Assembly (NCBI GenBank): GCA_045047305.1
Contig: JASFYO010000059.1
Coordinates: 1-11,251, forward strand
From: Planctomycetota bacterium
GTDB lineage: Bacteria; Planctomycetota; UBA1135
Length of the DNA stretch: 11,251 nt
Direction: 5' to 3'
A program made the position numbers and the translations under genes. Below are positions 4,661-11,251 of this stretch, piece after piece. The notes below the pieces were generated by a model. The model did no database searches and was not told the origin of the DNA. It worked only from the letters and a program-made list of their open reading frames with translations. How positions within the stretch are numbered: the first letter of the stretch is position 1; every line of letters begins with the position of its first letter.

Positions 4661-6811
4661 ATGGTCGTCACACGCCTCCTCCTTTCCGTTTCGCTTGCTG
4701 CTGCCGTCTCCCTCGGGTGCAATGCCCCAGGTGCCTCTGTTTCCAAGACTTACGTAGGTACGCCGAAATCGGTGCCGCAGAGTATGGGGCAGTTGGAAGA
4801 TTTCCAGGCCGCAGCCGAAGAGCATGGTGTGGTTCTTGGTTTGGCTAAGCTTGACTGGACTGCGCTTACCATCGGCCCAGAGGTCGATCGAATTCTTACT
4901 GAAGCTGAGGCTGCGCTCGATGCCATCGGTGCACAAAATGCAGACTATGTGAGTTTTGCATCTAGCTTCGCGGCATTGGATGATGCCGTGGATCCTGTGG
5001 TTTCAATTCTAAACCAACTTTGGTTGATGAAAGAGACTCGGGTGGAGGATGAGGTCCGCGCAGCCTGCAATAGGGAAGTGCAAAAACTCGATGCGTGGAT
5101 GGTGGATTTAAGTTATCGTCAAGATCTCTATGACATTTGTCGCGCTTACGCCGATCGCTACCACAATGGTGAGCGCGCTGGCTTAGTTGGCGAGGATTTA
5201 AAACTCTTCAAGGACACCATGCGTGATTACCGCCGCTCCGGTTTCGATTTAGACGCAGCCACTCGCGCCGAAGTGGCTGCTCTGCAAAACCAACTGAACG
5301 GCATCACCAATCAGTTTGACACCAACATTACCGAAGCTGCGGTCTCATTGTTCTTCACAACAGAAGAGCTAGAAGGATTACCAGATAGTTTTTTAGAAAG
5401 TTCACGTCAAGCCGATGGTCGTCACGAAGTCCGCGTGACGGTGACCCCAGATTATTCTGCTGTGATTAATAATGCACGCAATGCTTCTGTGCGCAAACAG
5501 ACCAACATCGCACGTTATTCGGTTGCTATGGAAGAGAACGGCCCTTTGTTAAATAAGATGGTCCAGATCCGCGCAGAAATTGCGCACAAGCTTGGTTACT
5601 CCAGCTGGGCGGACTACAAGATTGAGCCTAAGATGGCAGGTACAGGTGCTAACGCTATTGCTTTCTGCGAGGATCTTATCGCCGGTTTAGAGCCGAAGTT
5701 CCGGAAAGAGGTGGCCACTCTGACTCGTTTAAAAGCGGAAGAAACGGGAGACCCTGCAGCGAAGATTCTGTGGTGGGACTACGCCTACTATCAAAACAAG
5801 TTAATGAAGAATGAATATGGCGTCGACCCGGAGGTGCTGCGCAGGTACTTCAAACTTGATGCTGTCATTGCTGGCATGTTCGATGTCTATCAAGGTATTT
5901 TTGACCTCAAGTTCCACCGCATTCAGCCGCCATATCAATGGATTGATGATCTAGAACTTTACGTGGTCACCGATGCTTCTACCGGCGAACCACTCGGCTG
6001 CTTTTACCTCGATCTTTTTCCTCGCCCTGGCAAGTACAATCACTTTGCGCAGTTCGATGTTATCGGTGGTAAGCAACTCGCCGATGGACGTTATCGCCGC
6101 CCAGTGGCTGCCTTGGTGTGCAACTTTACTCCTGGAGTCGGAGATACTCCGGCACTCATGTCCCACAATGAGGTGGAAACAATTTTTCATGAGTTTGGCC
6201 ATGCCATGCACGCGGTTCTAACCCGCGCGCGTTATGGGCGGTTCGCTGGTGGCAATGTGCCGCGCGATTTCGTGGAAGCACCGAGCCAAATGTTTGAAAA
6301 CTGGGTGTGGGATGTCGATGTGCTGCAAGGATTCGCCGTGGATTATGAGGACCCATCCAAGAAAATCCCGGCAGAACTCATCGCGCAGATGAAAGCGGCA
6401 GAACTCGCAACTGCAGCGCTCGCCTATCGTCGGCAAATGGGTTTGGCGCTCTCTGATTTGCGCATGCATGCTGGAAATGTCACCGATGCAGGTGCGGTTT
6501 GTAACGCAACCAATTCGGAAGTCCTTTTTCCAATTCCAGCAGGCACCAACTTTGCCGCCTATTGGGGACACCTGACCGGGTATGACGCAGGCTACTACGG
6601 TTATGGTTGGGCAGATTCGATTGCTGCAGACCTTGCTACTGCTTTCGAAAATGCTCCTGACCGCTATCTCGACACCGGCGTTGGTATGCGTTTGCGCAAA
6701 GAGATCTACGAAGTGGGTGGCTCCCGCTCTGTACAGGAATCGGTGCACCGCTTTTTAGGCCGCGATTCCGACAACCGTGCATTTCTTCGTCAGTTAGGGA
6801 TAGGCGAGTAA
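4661..6811 (+). CDS. M3A-family zinc metallo-oligopeptidase (thimet oligopeptidase/neurolysin-like), predicted lipoprotein
   Basis: 716 aa; HEFGH zinc motif in EVETIFHEFGHAMH; third-ligand motif DFVEAPSQMFENW; FYLDLFPRPGK, LVCNF and HLTGYDAGYYGY. The N-terminus MVVTRLLLSVSLAAAVSLG-C has a lipobox-like Cys20. Confidence 0.93.
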   Translation: MVVTRLLLSVSLAAAVSLGCNAPGASVSKTYVGTPKSVPQSMGQLEDFQAAAEEHGVVLGLAKLDWTALTIGPEVDRILTEAEAALDAIGAQNADYVSFASSFAALDDAVDPVVSILNQLWLMKETRVEDEVRAACNREVQKLDAWMVDLSYRQDLYDICRAYADRYHNGERAGLVGEDLKLFKDTMRDYRRSGFDLDAATRAEVAALQNQLNGITNQFDTNITEAAVSLFFTTEELEGLPDSFLESSRQADGRHEVRVTVTPDYSAVINNARNASVRKQTNIARYSVAMEENGPLLNKMVQIRAEIAHKLGYSSWADYKIEPKMAGTGANAIAFCEDLIAGLEPKFRKEVATLTRLKAEETGDPAAKILWWDYAYYQNKLMKNEYGVDPEVLRRYFKLDAVIAGMFDVYQGIFDLKFHRIQPPYQWIDDLELYVVTDASTGEPLGCFYLDLFPRPGKYNHFAQFDVIGGKQLADGRYRRPVAALVCNFTPGVGDTPALMSHNEVETIFHEFGHAMHAVLTRARYGRFAGGNVPRDFVEAPSQMFENWVWDVDVLQGFAVDYEDPSKKIPAELIAQMKAAELATAALAYRRQMGLALSDLRMHAGNVTDAGAVCNATNSEVLFPIPAGTNFAAYWGHLTGYDAGYYGYGWADSIAADLATAFENAPDRYLDTGVGMRLRKEIYEVGGSRSVQESVHRFLGRDSDNRAFLRQLGIGE
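6792..6806 (+). repeat. Direct repeat copy 2, AGTTAGGGATAGGCG (copy 1 at 4646-4659)
   Basis: Lies in the last codons (QLGIGE*) of the M3 peptidase gene and matches 4646-4659 with a single-base indel. Confidence 0.5.
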
Positions 6812-6845
6812 GAGAAACGAATCTCAGCGCTAACTTCGGCCGTAT

Positions 6846-6867
6846 GGTCTATTTCCGTGAGTAGACC
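6846..6867. terminator. Hairpin between convergent peptidase and sensor kinase stops (possible bidirectional terminator)
   Basis: GGTCTATTT-CCGT-GAGTAGACC: perfect 6-bp GGTCTA/TAGACC stem extendable to 9 bp with G-U pairs on the plus strand, in a 59-bp gap. There is no strong U-tract. Confidence 0.35.
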
Positions 6868-6870
6868 TAG

Positions 6871-9800
6871 TTAACGTTCTACTGCAAGGCAACCCTGAAG
6901 TGCCAAGCCTAAATCTTTCAAGGTGAATGGCTTGGCCAGAAAGGAACCCGTAGTTCCTGCTTCGCCAATTTGGTTTAGAGTTTCAAAGGAATACCCTGAG
7001 TAATGCAAGATTCCAATCTCTGGCTTCATTTCCTGAATTTTCTCAGCAAGTTGTTTTCCATTCATGCCCGGCATGATGGCATCGGTTAATAAAATATGGA
7101 TACTCGACTTATGTTGCTGCATGAGTTCAAGCGCATGCATAGGGGAGTCCGCCACTATGACGGTGTGACCTAATCGCTGTAGCATATGGTGGGTGACTTC
7201 GCGAACCGCAAGGTCATCATCGCAGAATAGAATGGTGCAGTTTTTGCTTTCTAGAGGCGATTGAGTTTGCACCGCGACCGAGGGTTCACCATGAGTTGGC
7301 GCTGCCAGGGGGAGCAAGATATGAAAAGTGGTGCCTTCACCAAGCTGGCTGTCGACATGAATCAAGCCATCAGCTTGGCGCACAATCCCCTGGACCGATG
7401 CCAATCCCAGCCCCGACCCTTCCGAGGGTGCTTTGGTGGAGAAGAAGGGTTCAAATATATGCGTCATGGTTTCTTCAGACATTCCTTCCCCATCATCGGA
7501 AATGGTTAGCCAAGCGAAGGGAGGGCGCACGGTTTGAGCCTCTTTGCACGCCAGAAACGGCGGTGGGAAATAGGAGCATGCCCGGCATTGCACGGTAATC
7601 GTTCCATTGCGCCCGCAGGAATCGGCAGCATTGACGACTAAATTCATGACGACTTGTTCCGCTTGTCCTGGATCCATGCTGACTAAAAAATCCGGATGAT
7701 CCAACTCGAGGAGAAGGGAGATGTCTTCGCGAATTAGGCGACGCAACATGCTTTCGAGCTTTAGAATTGACTGACATAAACTTAAAGCCTCAGGTTGAAC
7801 TTCCTGCTTGCCGCTATAAGCTAAAAGTTGGGCAGTAAGTTTCGCGGCTTTTTCAGCGGCGCTCTTGATGTTACCCAGTGCGATATCGAGGTCTGCAATC
7901 GAGAGATCTTTTCCGGACCGCAACAGGGCCAAATCCGTTTCTCCTAAAATGGCGGTCAAAATATTGTTGAAATCGTGCGCAATGCCACCAGATAAGCGAC
8001 CAATAGCCTCCATCTTTTCGGAGCGCCGCAAGCTGGCTTCTAGATTTTTTCGCTCTTCGACATCTTTTTGCAGGTTGTCTAAGGCAAGTTCTAATTCTTG
8101 AGTGCGTTCTTGGACATCGGCCTCCAAGTGATTGCGGATTTGTTCGAGTTCTTTGGTGCGTGAGGCGACCTTTGCCTCTAATAACTCAGATCGGTGCAGG
8201 ATTTGCCGCACCGATAATCGGTAAATACCGTAGAGCGCCAGCAAGCCAACCGCAATGAGGCCGGAGCGAAACCACCATGCTTCGAACCAAAACCGTGGTA
8301 AGGTTACCGGTAACTCGGAAATAGGAGCATCCCATTCTTGGCCCTGGATTCGAGTTTGGACTTGGAAAGTGAAATTCCCTGGAGGGAGTCGGTTGTAAAA
8401 AGCAATCCGGCGAGTGCCAGCTCGTACCCATTCCTGTTCATAGCCAAGTAGGCGGTAACGGAAGTGCGCAAGATCTGGAGCACTCAAGGAGGCGACTTGA
8501 AAATGAATCTCCAGGTTTCGCTTGATTGCATTTTTCCAGGCAACCAAATTGGGCGGGGACTCCACGCCGTCTAGTTTGACGCTATCAATGCGAACCTCGG
8601 CGTGAGGAAAGGCGCTTTCTACAGCACCAGGCTTGAGGCGTGCCACTCCTGAGACCGTAGTGAACCACAGGTTCCCCTCTGCATCTCTAGTACTAGAATT
8701 CATGCGAATACCGTTGCCCTCAAGTACGGTTTTCTGATTCCCTGCGCGCAGGGTAATGCCGTGCAAATGAACGATTTCATTTTGCAGAAGAGCTTTGCAA
8801 TCTTGCTTGGAAATTATGTGGATGCCCCTGTTTCCCATCAGTGCAAAGTTGCCGTGGCCATCATCCAAAATACTTGAGACTATATTTTCTGGGATTCCTT
8901 GACGAACACCCATGGTGAAAACCTGATCGGTTCCGGGAATTAAGTGCACCATGCCACCGCCATAAGTGCCTACCCAAACAGAGCCGTCGTCATTTTCAAT
9001 ACAGCAACGTACGGGAGCATTGGGCAACTCATGTCCACTAGTCCAATTCTGTGTAAGCTGATCGTTTTGAAATCGTGAAATACCAAGTTCAGTACCGATC
9101 CAAATGGCACCATCACTGGCCTCGAAAACTAAGGTTACGTTTCCTCCGGGCAAACCTTTCTTCGGGGATGCAGTCCATGATTGATCGGAGAAGTACCGTT
9201 GAATTCGGTCGCCAGAGGATGCCCAAAGACTTCCTTTGGAGTCTTCGAAAAGGGTATAAAAGGAATCCTTGCCGAGGAAATGATCCTCCGTTTTAGAAAT
9301 AACTTCACCGAGGGGCCCCAAGTGCTGCAAGGCACCTTTTAAGTCAGCGACCCACAAACTTCCATCCTTTGAGCGAGCCATCGATTCGACCTCAATGCCT
9401 GGAATGTCGGTGGTGATTCCGTTACGCAGAATCGTCAGGGTGTTCTCGCGTTTTGCAACCCAGTGGGAGTCCGGGGTTGGGCCAGGAAGGATTGCAAACG
9501 GAGGGAGTTCCGAATCCCATTGCAGCGTGAGAGGGTTATTTGAAATGCGGTGTAATCCAACCCCTCCCTTCCACAGGTTGCCATCGCGGTCGAGGCAGAG
9601 CGCGCGCATAATCCCGGAGCGAGGGTGAGTGCGGCCACGAAGAAAGGGGGCTCTAAGAACTTTGCCATCCCAGTAGGCTAAATCCATACTGCCCAACCAA
9701 ATATTGCCGCGGCTGTCTTCCTTGATGGCCCAGACATTATGTGTGGGGCGCAGCGGAATTACTTTCAGACTTTGGCCTTTGCGGATTTCGAGCGTTTCCT

Positions 9801-10518
9801 CGGAAGTTGCATAAATATTTCCATCGCGGGCACAGAAGACCGTTTGATAGTTTTTATCGGAAACAATCTCTGTGCCCTTGGATGTGGCGACAAAGAGTCC
9901 TTCTGCAGAAGCAATCCATAGTCGGTCTTGCTGGTCGATACAAATGGAGGAAGCCTGGCCAGGACCGCCTGGAATCAGGTCCTGTTGGGTACCGCGAATG
10001 AGCGAAACCCCATGATTATGAGCAACGTAGATTTCGTTTGTTGAGGATTCGGCGAAATCTAAGATTAATGGCAAGGTTGGGCGTCCCCAATCTACCTTCA
10101 GATTGCTGAACGCTCCATCCTTATATTGAATGATGCCATGGGTTTGGCTGCCAATCAGTAGGCTCCCATCCTTGCGCACAAAAAGCGAAAGAATACGGTT
10201 GGAGTCTAGACCCGGTGTCATCTCTGGGGGGAAGACTTCGAAATCAACACCATCAAAACGCGCCAGTCCACCAAGTGTTCCTAGCCAAAGGCGGCCATCG
10301 GGGTCCTGAGCCAAGGCCGTTACATTGTTTTGTGGCAGGCCATCTAATAAATGCCAAGACGTTTCTTGGTAAGCCCTCTCGCTCTTGAGGTGCACAACTT
10401 CTCCGTTTACCTGGTCGCTAGTCACCTCCGGTACTGAAGGAGTTGGGTCTTGCGCGGCCAAGTTGCAGAGGGGAAGAAGTGCAGCGAGTAAAAACAACTC
10501 GGCTATCTTAGCCTCCAT
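6871..10518 (-). CDS. Hybrid sensor histidine kinase/response regulator with periplasmic beta-propeller (Reg_prop) and Y_Y_Y domains
   Basis: 1215 aa: signal peptide; GLPQNNVTALAQDPDGRLWLGTLGGLARFDG and repeated 'EDSxGxxWxg' propeller blades; Y_Y_Y (FRYRLLGYEQEW...FYNRLPPGNFTFQV); TM helix (WWFRSGLIAVGLLALYGIY); coiled coil; H-box GGIAHDFNN; N-box MNLVVNAAD; G1 DDGEGM; F-box FEPFFSTK; G2 GSGLGL; receiver domain (ILFCDDD, LLTDAIMPGMNG, FLAKPF). Confidence 0.95.
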   Translation of the reverse strand: MEAKIAELFLLAALLPLCNLAAQDPTPSVPEVTSDQVNGEVVHLKSERAYQETSWHLLDGLPQNNVTALAQDPDGRLWLGTLGGLARFDGVDFEVFPPEMTPGLDSNRILSLFVRKDGSLLIGSQTHGIIQYKDGAFSNLKVDWGRPTLPLILDFAESSTNEIYVAHNHGVSLIRGTQQDLIPGGPGQASSICIDQQDRLWIASAEGLFVATSKGTEIVSDKNYQTVFCARDGNIYATSEETLEIRKGQSLKVIPLRPTHNVWAIKEDSRGNIWLGSMDLAYWDGKVLRAPFLRGRTHPRSGIMRALCLDRDGNLWKGGVGLHRISNNPLTLQWDSELPPFAILPGPTPDSHWVAKRENTLTILRNGITTDIPGIEVESMARSKDGSLWVADLKGALQHLGPLGEVISKTEDHFLGKDSFYTLFEDSKGSLWASSGDRIQRYFSDQSWTASPKKGLPGGNVTLVFEASDGAIWIGTELGISRFQNDQLTQNWTSGHELPNAPVRCCIENDDGSVWVGTYGGGMVHLIPGTDQVFTMGVRQGIPENIVSSILDDGHGNFALMGNRGIHIISKQDCKALLQNEIVHLHGITLRAGNQKTVLEGNGIRMNSSTRDAEGNLWFTTVSGVARLKPGAVESAFPHAEVRIDSVKLDGVESPPNLVAWKNAIKRNLEIHFQVASLSAPDLAHFRYRLLGYEQEWVRAGTRRIAFYNRLPPGNFTFQVQTRIQGQEWDAPISELPVTLPRFWFEAWWFRSGLIAVGLLALYGIYRLSVRQILHRSELLEAKVASRTKELEQIRNHLEADVQERTQELELALDNLQKDVEERKNLEASLRRSEKMEAIGRLSGGIAHDFNNILTAILGETDLALLRSGKDLSIADLDIALGNIKSAAEKAAKLTAQLLAYSGKQEVQPEALSLCQSILKLESMLRRLIREDISLLLELDHPDFLVSMDPGQAEQVVMNLVVNAADSCGRNGTITVQCRACSYFPPPFLACKEAQTVRPPFAWLTISDDGEGMSEETMTHIFEPFFSTKAPSEGSGLGLASVQGIVRQADGLIHVDSQLGEGTTFHILLPLAAPTHGEPSVAVQTQSPLESKNCTILFCDDDLAVREVTHHMLQRLGHTVIVADSPMHALELMQQHKSSIHILLTDAIMPGMNGKQLAEKIQEMKPEIGILHYSGYSFETLNQIGEAGTTGSFLAKPFTLKDLGLALQGCLAVER

Positions 10519-10521
10519 TCT

Positions 10522-11251
10522 CTACCGACGACTAGGCCGACGCTTCTTCCACACCTTCTTCTTCGCCTTCGGCTTATCCTTATCCCGCGGTACGGGTGCA
10601 GCGGTCTGCACCATTTGCGCTGGACCGGCGGCAATCCACCCATCTGGCGGCGTTTTCTCTTTCATCTCAAACAGAAAACGCGATGGATGGCACGGTACCA
10701 AGCGCCCAAATTTCGCGCGTGATTCGCAGTAGGTAATGGTGAGGTCGTGCTGCGCGCGAGTCACTCCGACGTACATCAAGCGCCGCTCCTCGTCGACCGA
10801 TCCTTCTGCTGCCGCGCGATTGTGTGGCAAAATCCCTTCTTCCACGCCGACTAAGTACACGCGCCGAAATTCCAATCCCTTCGCGGCGTGCAAGGTCATC
10901 AAGGTGACGGAATCGTCGGCACCGTCCTTATCCTTGTCATTGTTCTCATTCAACGACAGCTCTTCAAGGAAAGTAGTGAGGGTGGGATTTTTCTTTTTGC
11001 GTTGAAAGTTCTCGGCAAAGTTGAGAACTTCTTGCACTCCATTCCAGCGCAATTCACGGGTGGAATCATCCGGGTAAATGCGATCAATCTCTGCGCGGTA
11101 TTGAACAGCGGTTAAAAGCTCACGGAGAGTGCGGACCAAATCGCCCTCTTGCGCAATGGAATGTGCGAGGTTCAAGCTAGAGCGTAAGTCTGCAAAACCT
11201 TTTGCCGCTGAGCCCCCGATTTCACCACTTTCGACCAACTTGCGGAAGGAA
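10522..11251 (-). CDS. SF1A ATP-dependent DNA helicase, Rep/UvrD/PcrA family (Rep-like), C-terminal part (5'-truncated at window edge)
   Basis: Motif V VTLMTLHAAKGLEF, GVEEGILPH, motif VI EERRLMYVGVTRA and PSRFL. The frame stays open to the window end (SFRKLVES...), so TTG 11238 is not the start. Confidence 0.93.
   Translation of the reverse strand, partial: SFRKLVESGEIGGSAAKGFADLRSSLNLAHSIAQEGDLVRTLRELLTAVQYRAEIDRIYPDDSTRELRWNGVQEVLNFAENFQRKKKNPTLTTFLEELSLNENNDKDKDGADDSVTLMTLHAAKGLEFRRVYLVGVEEGILPHNRAAAEGSVDEERRLMYVGVTRAQHDLTITYCESRAKFGRLVPCHPSRFLFEMKEKTPPDGWIAAGPAQMVQTAAPVPRDKDKPKAKKKVWKKRRPSRR

Noticed and set aside
8600..10350. Recurrent similar segments in the kinase gene as a possible DNA repeat array
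   Set aside because: The similarity is at the protein level (beta-propeller blades) with diverged DNA, so it is not CRISPR or a tandem repeat.
1..11251. Defence island, prophage, mobile element or structured RNA gene
   Set aside because: I see no integrase, transposase, nuclease or toxin motifs. All intergenic gaps are under 60 bp, leaving no room for tRNA, riboswitch or array. The helicase looks like an ordinary Rep/UvrD with no partner nuclease in view.

Overview
A gene-dense bacterial window of moderate GC with eight supportable CDSs and no rRNA, tRNA, CRISPR array or transposase that I can see. In order: the 3' part of a TlpA/redoxin-type thioredoxin-fold protein (+, truncated at the left edge); a stand-alone KAS III/FabH (+); a minus-strand two-gene unit of an iodotyrosine-deiodinase-like nitroreductase (true start probably 3087) followed by a SurE phosphatase with an atypical N-terminal export or anchor segment; divergently, only about 20 bp away, a GT-C-fold membrane glycosyltransferase and a lipoprotein M3A thimet-oligopeptidase-like peptidase (+); then, convergently, a large beta-propeller/Y_Y_Y hybrid sensor kinase-receiver and the 3' part of a Rep/UvrD helicase (-, truncated at the right edge). 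The most notable observations are the fully conserved IYD substrate-binding signature, exported versions of normally cytoplasmic enzymes (SurE, M3A), a likely overlapping bidirectional -10 promoter driving leaderless mRNAs, and a near-perfect 14/15-bp direct repeat bracketing the peptidase gene. I cannot show that these genes form a single new system; that idea is offered only as a low-confidence hypothesis.
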